Shown piece by piece: positions 1 to 12,203 of a DNA stretch of 46,351 bases. The notes under the pieces are model-generated. The model was not told the origin of the DNA and did no database searches. It was given only the letters and a program-made list of their open reading frames with translations. Numbering within the stretch: the first letter of the stretch is position 1; every line of letters begins with the position of its first letter. A program made the position numbers and the translations under genes. The DNA is taken from the NCBI GenBank assembly GCA_001655205.1, contig LPNZ01010410.1, positions 1 to 46,351 of the forward strand. Direction: 5' to 3'. Source of the stretch: Lenisia limosa (Eukaryota; Protista; Breviatea).

Positions 1-187
1 GGGGGTGGGGGGGGGGGGCAGAAAAACCAAAATTGCGAATACTAGGATCTATCTAATGTTTGTTAGTTTGAATGAGCGGCGTTGGTTGCGCGGGCGCGTA
101 ACGGGAACACCCCCTCCCGCGGCCGAAGGTTTGCTCAATGCTTTTGGACTCTGCTGTATTCCTTCGATTCCCACTCCAACCATCTAG

Positions 188-1538
188 GCTTTGCTTCCTC
201 TGTGATTCTGGACCCCCTCAAAGACTCGGCTCAAATAGTGGTTACAGGCGGATGCGACACTCGAGGACAGTACGTCGCAGTGCCACATATTCTTGAAGTG
301 GANNNNNNNNNNNNNNNNNNNNNNNNNNNNNNNNNNNNNNNNNNNNNNNNNNNNNNNNNNNNNNNNNNNNNNNNNNNNGGCTTTCCTTTTCTCAAGTGTG
401 TTCTGTTTTGTGTGACTTTTTAGACAGTAACGACCGTTGGCAACTGCACTGGAAGGCTCCTAAGATTTCAGAAACGCCTCTCCCCCCTCCAAGGTGAGTG
501 TCGCAGATCGTGAAAAGATTGTGTTGTGACAACCCCAGACGAGGCCATTCACAAGTCACCTGGAATGGTCGTATTATCATCTTTGGTGGTCAAACTCTTG
601 ACGGTTCATATTGCAATGACACTTGGTAGGCTGGCTGGAGGCTTTTTGAAGGACGTCTTGGAAGTTCTAACATTCTAGGATCCTTGACCCGAATACAGGA
701 ATGTGGACTTGTGTATCAAAAGAGTGAGAATGGCAACCTGCTCATGTATAATGATTTCTCTGAGAATCATTTTTGATCTGTTTAGAATGCAACCAGCCCC
801 TCGAGCGGGACACTCCATGTGCCGCATTTCAGATAGATTTGCTGCTGTGACAGGCGGTGGCGATGGTGGGACTTTATCGATTTCGAACCGTTACCATAAT
901 ACCAATACCAAATGCTCCTTAACATTACAGGCACGAAGGCGCTACACGATCTTTGGATACTAAATCTCGAGACGTTCGAATGGACCCAAATCTCAACCAC
1001 TGGACCGATCTGTGAAGATCATGTCCTTTTCGCTAATGTGGGGGACGGGAGACCCAAAGAGTTTATTTATTATTATGTTGGAATACCATGATTCCACTGT
1101 TTATCTTTTGTTGCTTTCACTATGCATTCATTATACCCTCAGGGCAACACACTTATTGTGTGGGGTGGTTGGGACGGTGCCAAGGACAAGGTGTTGAAAA
1201 GTGTTTATAGCTTCGACCTGGCTGAGTTTGTCAAACCAAAAGGTGAGTGTCATCTTGCTTTGTTGGAACCTCTTATTCTCTTAATTTCTTTAGAACCTGA
1301 AGAGGAGATGCCCTACAAGTAAGTGGATCTGAATTGATGCGCCATCTTGTTTTCCGAAAAATCACTATACCTGTACTCAGATTTATTGGTTTTATAAGAG
1401 AGCGGGAATTACCAGCGACTCTTATCTTATCTCCCCTTTAGCATTCTTCTGGAGCGGTGTAAAAGAGCGGAGGCCGAAAGAGACGCGTTGAAGGTCGAAA
1501 CCGAGTCTCTTCGTGAACAACTTCGGAAAACGGTTTGA
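188..1538 (+). CDS. Kelch-repeat beta-propeller protein with short C-terminal coiled coil (multi-exon, 5' end probably outside window or in gap)
   Basis: Spliced exons give kelch motifs RGHSQVTWNGRIIIFGGQTLDGSYCNDTW, PAPRAGHSMCRISDRFAAVTGG, LHDLWILNLETFEW and GNTLIVWGGWDG. Last exon ILLERCKRAEAERDALKVETESLREQLRKTV ends at TGA 1536-1538. Confidence 0.85.
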
Positions 1539-2145
1539 AGTCTTGCTTTTTTCATTACCTGTTTTGCCCCTGAGGCCTCTTTAACTGCTTAGGGCTCAAA
1601 GTGGTTTGGATGGATTTAATATAAGTGTTCTGATTTCAATGTATTTATTGTTTTTCTATTCTCTCTTTTTTTTCAATCCCATGTTATCATTGGCAAAAGA
1701 GAATTGTATCAAAGCCAAACAAAAACTTGAATTAAACCAACTTTGGTTTACGTCCTATAAATAAAATCTCACAGTTTAAGAGAATTGATTTCATCTTTCT
1801 GATACTTTTCTTTTCTCAAATCGCCTTACAAGGGGGTGGTTTGCACCCTGATAGTTATGGGAAGACTAGGTAGAACCTACCATTCGGATTGCCCGATCCA
1901 GAGGACCAGTCCGAGGTCGCGCAGCTGGTGGTGGAGGCGATGCTGTGGAATGAGAGGAAGAGTGTTAACATGCTTGCAATTTTGGGAAATAAAAAATATC
2001 AAACAGTTGTGTCTTGCGGAATCAAAATTACACATGACAATAATATACAGTTTTCCACATCGTCCACATTACATACACATATAATATAAGTTTGACTGCC
2101 TTTGAAAAGAAAAAGAGGGGTGATATTCCGTGAAAGAATGGTAAG

Positions 2146-4960
2146 CTAATCTAGATCACACAAACTTTCCCGTGTTCTTTTCATGATTGGCATTGCCTCT
2201 TCATCATCAGAAAGGTCGATGACAATTGAGGATGACCTTATTGAAGGATCACCAGGCTATAGAATGAAATATGAAACAGTTTCCTACATCTTGAGAAGAC
2301 TCTTGTGACTCAGAAATCAAACACTCATCAGGAGGAAACAATTTAATCTTTTGTTTGTCTGAATAGATGAAAAGGAAAGAAAGAGAAAAAAAAGGTACCA
2401 GAGAGTCGAGGTATCAAATTTTGAACCTGTATTCTCATTCCAATGTTATCAATTGTGTCGTTGACGCTCATTGGCTGGCCTGAATAGAGTTACAGGCTTT
2501 GAATGAAAACTCACCAGAAAAGGGATCCAGATGACTCTGCTGCAATACTCTTGACAGCGTACTACGATCAATCACCTGTTCAAGTTAGTATCAAAACAAT
2601 TTCTACTTATCCCCTGAAACTAAATGAATTTTCGGAAAAACTCACACCTGTCCAGAAGGCAAGATCATGGGATCTGTCATAAGGAAATGTGTTATAGGAT
2701 CAATAAAATCCGGAGAAATTTCAACTTCAGTTGAATGTATTGAGGGTGCAACTTTTGTTTTATCCATCACTTTTGAAAAGTATGTATGGATGAATTTTGG
2801 AGCAGACCTATGAAAGTTAATCGAAACTGAGTCAATTTTCTTCTCAAACCCCACAAACGCGCTCAGTTTTCCAATAATACGTATGTTGGCAATTCCCAAA
2901 GGGATTACCCCTTGACCTAAGGAGTCAATAATAATCACAAATATGACGAAGCTTATACAGTAGCAACCCACCAGCCAAAAGTTGGATGTTTAAACCTGCC
3001 GCCTTGCAGTTTTGCAATCGGCCATTTTGGATGTGGGTGATGGGTGTTCTGAAACGTGATTGTGAGCCCAGTGTAACCCATCAGGGCTGTTTTGGAGCCG
3101 CCTTTATACGTTTCAAATTAGGGGATGATAAATAATTGTGAGCCTTACTCAGAGGGTATGCTTTTTCTGAGTGTGTCTTTGATTTCCTCTGGTGCAAAAG
3201 CATGGGGAGTCATTAAAATGACAGACTAGAAAGTAAGCCAGAATCATTCAAGTAATGAGTGAAAGTTATCAAACAATATCCCTCTAACTCCTTCACTTAG
3301 AGGTGGGAAGTTTGAAGTTGTCCCCAGGTTGAAACATTCGGGAATTGCTAAGCTGGAAATGACCTGCAAAGAAATGTGAATTATTTGATAATAATATTAT
3401 ATCATATAGTATATGAATGCAGGCATAATATTTCATAATTGTATATATTATATGATATTAGAAAATAGAGTTTCAACCATCAGATCTCTATGATCCTAGT
3501 TTCAATAGAGACTTTACTGCACCCGAAAAAAGGTAATATCTGGCCGAAGCCCTTCATACCATCACGCTTATGAAAGATATCGAACATTAATTAACCTAGT
3601 CATTTGCCTTACAACTTTGTGTACACAGCTTTCTGTTTGCCTCCGCAGCATACGAAATATTTCATAGTTTTTCTATAACAGTTGATAAAACTTGTGGGGG
3701 AAATATACTATTACATATTACCGTTTATAGGGATGAACTCGGCTAAAGCCCTCGTTCATCCGGAGGAACACCTGCAACGCAATCAAACGAGTCCACTACT
3801 GACAATTCCCGAGGGCGTTATGAGTGACTGTGCCTGCAGGGATTTTGGTTTGAGTCGGTTTTCCCAGTGATTTTCATCATTTGAGGCCTAGTGGGGAAAA
3901 AACGTCTGCTTACAAATATTAAAAGGGTGAAGGTGGCAGGAGGGGCTGGCTTTTTGTCATCTTTTATAGTGATCCTTAGAAGTACTTACAGTTAAAATTT
4001 AATATTAAATTTTAACTGATAGCAGTATATGAATATGTATACTAGATAATATTAACATGTAGTAGCGTGAACCTCTTCAGATCCAACGTACTGATCATGT
4101 TTAATTTATAGATAATATTTATCACTTAAGGGTGGGTGGTAAACCAGTGTTCAAGAACACCAAAATACTGAGATGCCCACAGGAAGAGGAAGAGAAGTCA
4201 CACTTGGCTCTGGTAGTTTTGGTGCTCTTTTCCATTGAGGTAAGCTTGTCTGAAAGGGGTGACACGTCTATCCTGCAAGATACACTTTCGCTTTCATTTT
4301 ATTCAACATTTAATCACATGCTGCATATTTTGCCCTCACTTGCGGTGTTCTTTGAAAGCCAATTTTGGTCGTAAGGGCTCCTTTGGGGTTTAAGGTCAGC
4401 GCAATCGCGTATATGTCAATCAAGAACCTACAACCGGTTACTTACCTACATGATATAAACGATATTACCCGTCCCTCTTACGGCCATTGGAAGAAAAAGC
4501 CAAGCGGTGGTCGAACAAAAGGAGCAGCTGCAAACCTAAGGAATAAGGAAAGACGAAAACTTCAACAAACCCTTTCGTTTGACAAGCTTGGTCAGTTCCT
4601 TGTCCAATAACTGTTGTCTCTGGCCCCCTAAGTTCACATCCAAATAGGGATGAATTCAGAACAAACATTATACAAAGACAAATAACATTGTAAGCACTGG
4701 ATAGGGCTTGGGGAATGAAGAACTTGATTTATATACACTAAGATNNNNNNNNNNNNNNNNNNNNNNNNNNNNNNNNNNNNNNNNNNNNNNNNNNNNNNNN
4801 NNNNNNNNNNNNNNNNNNNNNNNNNNNNNNNNNNNNNNNNNGTTTCGAAGGGTTGAGAGACAAGGCAAAGTCAAGGAAAAGGGTGGGGGTGTGACTGGCA
4901 AACTTTGACGATCTGTTGATCTGCTGGATCCTGTTCATCATCACAACACCCCTATACACC
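2146..4960 (-). CDS. U-box domain E3 ligase, UBOX5/RNF37-like (multi-exon; ends approximate)
   Basis: Spliced U-box EISPDFIDPITHFLMTDPMILPSGQ|VIDRSTLSRVLQQSHLDPFS|GQPMSVNDTIDNIGMRIQVQNL. The upstream GQGVIPLGIANIRIIG resembles the UBOX5 N-terminal domain as I recall it. Upstream exons to ~4960 are inferred from GT-AG boundaries. A further 3' exon at ~1870-1950 is possible. Confidence 0.7.
3531..3643 (-). ncRNA. Family A dispersed structured element, long copy 1 (candidate ncRNA or SINE-like repeat), in predicted intron of U-box gene
   Basis: Colinear with 42161-42281. Shares exact blocks CAGAAAGCTGTGT, AGTTGTAAGGCAAATGA, TAAGCGTGATGGT and CCAGATA. Contains a GGC-TTCG-GCC hairpin and is followed by a T-run. 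Confidence 0.6.
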
Positions 4961-5224
4961 TCCTAGTTGCCTCCTCTGGTGTCCCCCCCCCCCCCNNNNN
5001 NNNNNNNNNNNNNNNNNNNNNNNNNNNNNNNNNNNNNNNNNNNNNNNNNNNNNNNNNNNNNNNNNNNNNNNNNNNNNNNNNNNNNNNNNNNNNNNNNNNN
5101 NNNNNNNNNTTCAACTAGTCCTCTGAGATTGCCCTCTCTCCCAAGATCAAGAGACCAAGAGTTCAAGGGCCCGGAACTAAAATAATTCTAAAACAGTCAT
5201 TCGTCTGGAGTCACTCCATTCACT

Positions 5225-6975
5225 ATGTTTTTGGTAAGTTTTGGGATTTTGGGGTTTTATGTTTCTGGCTTTATGGGTTTGCATTAACATCCATTTCCGG
5301 AACACATTTACCTTCGCCATTGCAGGAGCAAACCATTGACAAGATCGAGGCTCTTATGCTGAGGGGAGGTGAGCCTCTTGATGACGAAAGGGAGGAGACC
5401 CTGCCCGAACCCCCTGTGTTTTCGGTAAGCGGTTGGTTTGTGTCAAAGGTAGACTTGAGATTTCCTTTCGTATTTCTGTCATATTAAAACAGGTGTTTTT
5501 TTTTTTTTTTTTTTCACAAAGATAAACGTACAAAATAATGCCTTGTTAACTATGTTTTTTGGTAACTCATCTCATAATCAGTCCGTTCCCTCTGTCCACA
5601 GTGAACTTGTGTTCCTGATTGGACGGCCTGCCATGGAGCTCATTGATGGACCCGAGGAGCCAGGTGTGATCACTTTGCCTTCCGGTGTTAGGTAAGCAGG
5701 ATCTTTTAAGTACTCTATTTAATTCTACCACTTTTAAGACAATCATTCTCAAAATGCTTAATCACAGATTGGCTAGAAATGGTTCAAATGATTTGCCTTG
5801 TTGATATATCGATACCAAAGAATACCTTCTTGGGAGATTTGATAGAATAGATATGATGCAGTTCCTCACCAGGAGTGGAAAGAAGAGAGAGCTTTCTTTT
5901 TTAAGTCAAAGAATGCCCTTGTTGTTTCTTTGAAGGTTGGCTCCTCTTGACATTATCATTACTGAGTCCTTGCACAGATAGTCATATATACTTCTCATTT
6001 CTACATATTTTGTCAACAATTTAGGAAATTAGCAAAAGCAGATGTTCTGAGCTTGTGAGAGTTGTTCTTGACACAATCAAACCCAAAAAGTATGTTTGAT
6101 GTTTTGCACTGGGTGCTTCCCTTTGGTCCGAAATAAGCCATGGAAAAAAACTATTCAATATCTCTTATAAGCGTGATGATGTATACGGCTTCGGCCAGAT
6201 AAAACCTTGTTTTTTATTTCTCGTTGCAATATATTTTTCCAGAATTTATCGAGAAGCTCTTTTTTTTTGGGGGGGGGGGNNNNNNNNNNNNNNNNNNNNN
6301 NNNNNNNNNNNNNNNNNNNNNNNNNNNNNNNNNNNNNNNNNNNNNNNNNNNNNNNNNNNNGTGATGTCCATTTCACATTACCATACTTCATTGTATATTA
6401 TTGCATTGTTTCAACTTTTGTGTGAGGTTACCTCTTGATTCCCTTCAAAAACTATGTGAATCAAAGTACCAATGTCAGGAAGACAGCGTTACCGATCACA
6501 CTGCCTTACAATGTAGTGTGAAGGCCTTTGTGGCGCAGGAGAGTCTTGTATTCCCTCCCATTTCGGATCCAAGCCCGTCGCCATACTCAGTAGGGACCGA
6601 AGGTCCTGTGGCTGGGTACGAACCACTTCCTGCATTGTCGACTTTCGGCGGACCCCTTGCAGCCCTCTTGTCCAAAGTGCGTCTAACAGTGATAAGAGTT
6701 TTGTCATCTGCATTTTACTGCTTCAGTGCCAAAAAGAAGGAATCCCACTTCAGGCGTTTGTAAGCGTTTTCCCAAGCACCCACCCCACAAAGTCCCACCT
6801 TTTGCGTCTGCTTCAAGCCGTGGAAAAGGAAAAATTAGAAGCAGTTCGCAAAGAACAGGTTTGTGGAAAGTGGAATCAAAATTTATTTAAAAAGCATACA
6901 TTGATCATTCAGATCTTGACATGGCTTCGGGAAGAAGACGTTCGTACAACTGACACAACTCATCTTTTCTCATAA
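5225..6975 (+). CDS. Proteasome assembly chaperone PSMG1/PAC1-like protein (multi-exon)
   Basis: Exons MFL|EQTIDKIEALML..., ELVFLIGRPAMELI and GGPLAALLSK|CQKEGIPLQAFV. The last resembles the PAC1 LPAAVLSYCQVWKIP motif as recalled. Stop TAA at 6973-6975. Confidence 0.5.
6153..6208 (+). ncRNA. Family A element, 3'-half copy 2, in intron of PSMG1-like gene
   Basis: ATTCAATATCTCTTATAAGCGTGATGATGTATACGGCTTCGGCCAGATAAAACC is followed by TTGTTTTTTATTTCTC, a flank shared with copy 4. It lies in the long intron starting GTATGT at ~6091. Confidence 0.55.
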
Positions 6976-7089
6976 TCCTATTAACAATGTACACGACACT
7001 CAGACAAGTATTCCAGAATGAGAGATTAAAAAAAAATATCCATTGTATAACGTGGCGAGCAAATAATGTACAGTAAAATAACATTGGAA

Positions 7090-9130
7090 TCAGAAGAAAA
7101 GAAATAGTGAAATAGTTTACAAAAACCCTTCTTGAACAGTTGGGGAAGCTTTGAAGTCTAAAAGCAAGATGAGAAGGGGAACCGATGACAGGAAGCCTAC
7201 CAGGCCTTGATCGAGCTTTTGTCAATTGAACCGATGATAATCGTGGCGAAAGTGAAGCTCTAAAGCCATCACACTCAGTTATTGGAATGTAACACTCAGA
7301 ATGAGAATGACAACATACCTTGGAGAGGATGATAAACGAGGGGAGTGGAGAGGGTTTCGGTTGAACATGTTTTGAACCGGTCTGAAATATGAATATATTA
7401 TCAAAAACAACATTCCACCTCGCAGCTGGCACCCCACCTCAAAAATGGAGACACAGGGCGACGAGTTTGAACCATTGGGGGACCAAGATCGAAGGAAGAC
7501 ATTCTGGTCATCGATGGGACACTATGTGCGGATCTGGAAAAGTAAAAAGATGAGAATGTACCAATTTGAACCAGCCAAAAAAAAATCTTATTTATTCTCT
7601 ACAAAAAAGGAACAGGTAGAATGAAGAATAAACATTAGCTCAAGGGGAGGGGGGTGATAAGAGTTATTTTAGTCAATAGATATTATGATAGTATACATCT
7701 ATTTATGCAAAATGAAGGCCTACCCCAGGAGAAGAGGGGAAGTGATTCGGATATTGTCCAAATTAGCGGAAAGTTCAGGTGACATAGACCACCTCATTCT
7801 AAACCTGTGAGCATATGGACATCCCTTTTCTGCTAAAAGCATGGAACAAACTTGTTGAGACTTCTTGCAGCTCTCTCTTCGTCTTCCTCTTCGGTTAACT
7901 TATCAGTCTTAGGAAGTATGCTGGAGAATGGGCTTCCGACAGGAGCACTGCTGGGTCCAGGCATTTCAGACTCAGCCGCAGTAATAAGTGCCTAGAAAAT
8001 GAGATCCGGACTTATCAAACACAAAACATAACATCCTCTTACTTGGAACATGAGTGTGGGTGTTGAAGGGGACATTTGGATAGTTTCTGTCTTTTGCCGA
8101 GAAGCTAAAGAATAAATATTCACAAAATTATGTTTTTGGAAAATCTTCACATACATTTAGCAGCAGCCGTACTCTTGTCTTCTGTTTTCTTGACTTTTGG
8201 CACGGGTTTAGCCCTTGTTTTTGCCTTCTTCTTGCTCCAAACGTCTTCATCTTCAAGTTCACCCATAAACATTTCCTCCTCCTGTTCTTCTTCGTAATCC
8301 TCCTTGTGATGGTGGGATGAAGACCGTCTCCGCGACCGTGATTGTGGAGCCTCCTACAAGGTTAGCCGTAGTATATATGCTATACGTCTAATTATATTAT
8401 ATTCAAGATGAAAAATAACGCCAGTCTACCCGACTTCAGTACAAGGTTGGTAACATTAAAACCGTAAGCCCATCCCACATATTCAATAGTCGTTTCTGGG
8501 TAGGACTTGCTAACTGATTCTGTAGTCAGGTCAAACTTCAAACTAGCTTCATGTTGCTGCTTGTTGTAGAGGTTTTGGAGCTGACTCTGAAAAGAAGACA
8601 CCTGAAAGATTAGACACCTCAATTGAAGGAATACAAAATTAAAGTCTCAAGCAATTATTCAGCAGCAAAACCCAGCTAGCCTCGGTTGGAGAGACATCAA
8701 ACGATAACGAAGGAACTGCAGCAGCACCTCTGCTGCGGAAGAGCTCCTTGTGGAACTCGTTTACCCGATTCCCACCAACAGTCTGGGGAGAGTAAAGAAG
8801 GTTGTAATTTTGTCTCAGATGGGGCCAGATTCATGCTTAAAGTACTCAGGAAAATTCATCGAAAGAGGAAAGTCGAGAAGGGGTGCAAGAAGAGCACAAG
8901 ACATTCCCATAAAGTGAATATCACTTTTCAAAACCCCGCCAATTAGTACTTACCGGATATGCTACAACAGCATTTGCACTGCTAAATGATTCACCAGTAC
9001 TGAGGAGAGGAGCTGGCTGAAATTGTTCATTGGGAGGATAGGTTGGCAATGAAGACGCAAATTGGTTCAAGAAGTCAGGGGATTCGCGTCGATAGCGACT
9101 CTGTCTCGGAGGAATATGGCTACTGCTCAT
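7090..9130 (-). CDS. Hypothetical low-complexity protein (S/P-rich, acidic and basic tracts; multi-exon; 3' end uncertain)
   Basis: ATG 9130 MSSSHIPPRQSRY.... Open GT-AG-bounded exons include SRSRRRSSSHHHKEDYEEEQEEEMFMGELEDEDVWSKKKAK and ALITAAESEMPGPSS. No domain recognised. Confidence 0.5.
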
Positions 9131-9570
9131 TCTTCGTCAAAAACAGGCGATATTACCCAGCTATATGTAATAAACTATCTTTACATTGAAATAAATGTGA
9201 AATTTGGGTTATGAGGCTTTGTCAACCTCAAGCTGAATAAAATGAAAAACTCAAACCTAGAAAACCTGTCACTATCTAATACTAAACATAACGATATATG
9301 TATCGTGGGTAAAATTGGTGAAAATACAACAAATATTAAAAAATTTGAGCGCGGGCAAAATTTACGATATTAGCATTACGATTCCACCAGTTGCCTCCCT
9401 TTAGTTTCCTTTCCTGATCTTAAATCTTAATACTTTGATTGCAACTTGTTTGAAATCTTCATGAAATCTTGAAAACACATGAATTCACAAAAAAATCTGC
9501 ATAACCAGACCATAAAATAAAGAAACATCAGAGAGGTGATACTGGAACAATAGAAAGAAGGGGTAGTGAT

Positions 9571-11834
9571 TTAGATAGGAACGGGGTTGATTTCTCCAAG
9601 ATAAATTCGACCATCAGAGGAGCCTGAAGCAACAATTGGTTGATTAGGATGGAAGTCCACACCGTTGACACTTCCCTTATGACTAGAAGGTTAAATATCA
9701 ATCTCGAGCGGTAACCAAATTCCTTTCCTTCAAAAAGATCCTGAAACCACAAACCCAGGAAGCTTGAACATGAGACGAGAATTTCTGGCATTCCACACCA
9801 AAACGTTGCGGTCAGCTGAACCGGAGGCAATCTAGAGGAGAGGTGATAAGTGAAACATTTTTGTGAGAGAAAAAAAAAAACTCGGTAACAACATCGCAAC
9901 TCACTTGATTTCCGTCCCAACTCCAGGCTGAGCGGAGGAGATTCTTTTCAAAATCGTGCTGAAAAAAGTCACATTTCATTTCAACTATCAAATACAAAAG
10001 ATGGAGTGCCCACCTTGTGTCCCATCAGGGTGTGTGTAAGACGGTTACTGTCAGCGTGGGAGTTGATGTTCCAAATCTTGACTGGAAAAGGTAAGTTATT
10101 GGAGGGGGGGGGGGGGTTNNNNNNNNNNNNNNNNNNNNNNNNNNNNNNNNNNNNNNNNNNNNNNNNNNNNNNNNNNNNNNNNNNNNNNNNNNNNNNNNCT
10201 CATATTTTAAAATGAAAGGAATATCGGTCTGACAACAAATTAAAACTTCGAAAAGGCATAAACTTGGAAACAAAAACAACACTATATAATGGTTGGATAA
10301 CAAAGTGGAAAAGACAAATTATAAGAACTGTACGTATTGAAAGTTTTTTTTCAGCAGGAAAGTCTCTATTGAAACAAAAAAAAAAGAAGCCCAGATCTGT
10401 AATAAACAAACAAAAGCCAAGCCAGCTTACTTGACTGATCCATGCTGTTAGAGAGGAGACGTGACCCATCAGGGGAGACAGCAAGATGGGTGATAGTATC
10501 TGTATGTCCAGGCAATTTCCTCATAATCTTCTCTGGTCGACGGAGGTCGAAAGTCTAATACATAAGAAAACATTCCCATCTTACAACAGACAAAAAAACC
10601 CAAGCCCTCCAACCAAAACCACGTTTGAGACACCAGCAACATGCACTTCCTGGCTATCATCGGACATTGCAACGGCACAAAGCTGCGGAGGTGAGAATAA
10701 GAGGAACTTTAAAAAAAAAAACAATAAGATTAAAACACACGACAGTTTGAAAAAAAAACAAAAAAAAACAGTCTAGCAGTGCATCACATGGGAAGGGAGG
10801 AAATTATGGGATAAAATATTAGCGTACAGTTATCAAAGTAACCAAAAAGATTGAGCGTTGATAGATAGTGCGGGTAAATCGGAACATTATTTGATAAAAC
10901 GCCGTTTGCGATAATTCAATCCCTCCTCAAACAGGTCCTGCAGTGTTGATGGTGATTTCTGAATATTTGGTGGACATATCCCAAATCTAAACAGTCAAAC
11001 GGTACCCAAAAATGTTTCATGAGAATAAAGATGCAAACTTTGCAAGACTTGTCGTCTGAAACGGTGGCACAGAGGTGGCGACCACGACGGCTTGTGGAAC
11101 TGATGTTGTTAGAACGTGTGGGTGGAAAATGAAGGAAAATGTTTCAAAATACCAGCTTACACAGCATTAACGTAAGAGGTGTGCTCACGAAGACCACGCA
11201 TTCTTTCAAAGGTGCGAGCGTCAGTGATGATGGCAGTCTTATCAGCAGATGCAGAAACAAGCATTCTGAAAACAAAATAAAAAAACACCTCCTTGTGGAA
11301 TGTGGTTTGATCTACTTGTGATATGTAATATTGTTTTACAAATTTCCATATGAAACAGAGAAGAACACCATCCTCTTACGAATCGTCGTAACTCCAGGCA
11401 AGATCGAGAACGGCGTTCTTGTGAACTGGAAGAAAGTAAATGCATGGCAAAAAAAATTATAAAACTAACTTTTCAAGTTTGCATAGTTTTCACAGTCTCC
11501 AAAGGTCTTCCAAAGAAGGACACTCATGTCTCGAGAAGCTGAAGCCAAGGAAGCTCCATCGTTACTGAATTTCACTGAATGGACGATGTCCCTAAATATT
11601 AGTTATTCAATAAAACCTTGATTAAAACCAAACTGGTGCCCTGAAAGAAGCATAGTAGGGGCCTGGAGATCTGAGATTCTGTCGGGAGCCTACAATATGT
11701 CAGAGTCACTTTCTGGTTGTAAAATAATGTCATACATTGATCAGAGCCTTCTTAGAAGTAGAATCTGATACAACAATGGCTCCCATTCGAGCTTTTTTAG
11801 CAGCTGGCTGGTAGTTTGTCGTTGCAAGCTCCAT
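9571..11834 (-). CDS. SNRNP40: U5 snRNP 40 kDa WD40 protein
   Basis: Spliced motifs DLQAPTMLLSGHQ, VHKNAVLDL, LPGHTDTITHLAVSPDGSRLLSNSMDQS, HDFEKNLLRSAWSWDGNQIASGSADRNVLVW and LPGHKGSVNGVDFHPNQPIVASGSSDGRIYLGEI are diagnostic of SNRNP40/WDR57. Confidence 0.93.
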
Positions 11835-12203
11835 TTTCGATAGCTTTAATGGGCTATTGTTGCAAAAAGGAAGAAAAAAAAAAAAAAGTTCACTCTTAAA
11901 ATTGATTAATTTTTGATTACTTATGATTTCCAACTTAGTAAATTAGAACCTTCCTTATTTAGAAGCTTTTGTCTTTAAATCTGAGAAGAGGTCACTAAGT
12001 TTTAAGTTTTTTTAAAGGCAATGAATATCTAAGAGGCTACACATACATTTCTCATTCACCCAATTTTCACGTATTTCATCTTTCTCTCACACCTGCTCTA
12101 AGTACCCTTCTCCAGTTCCATTTGAGATTATTACATTCAATTCTGTAACTAGTCTACTTTTGGAAGCACTGAATCCCTTAAAGCTGGTCTTTGACATTTC
12201 ACA

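Noticed and set aside
3531-3643. Family A as 5S rRNA, U12 snRNA, SECIS, hammerhead ribozyme or dictyostelid Class I RNA
   Set aside because: Only short word matches (CATACCA; GTAAGG; TGA..GA; CCTTACA). It lacks the 5S core, the U12 5' hairpin and Sm site, the SECIS apical AA and 3'UTR location, and the CUGAUGA/GAAA core.
4203-4238. LGSGSFG kinase glycine-loop-like peptide on the + strand
   Set aside because: It is followed by TGA within five codons, no other kinase motifs are nearby, and it is antisense to the inferred U-box gene.
5769-5860. Stop-codon reassignment suggested by apparent in-frame stops in some exons
   Set aside because: The stops are resolved by small introns or micro-exons. 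Conserved genes (ETFA, SNRNP40, LARP1) translate cleanly with the standard code, and predicted gene ends use TAA, TAG and TGA.
3531-6208. Family A copies 1 and 2 are inverted relative to each other and could be TIRs of a 2.7-kb DNA transposon
   Set aside because: The interval contains exons of two divergent host genes, there is no transposase or TSD, and orientation simply follows each host gene.
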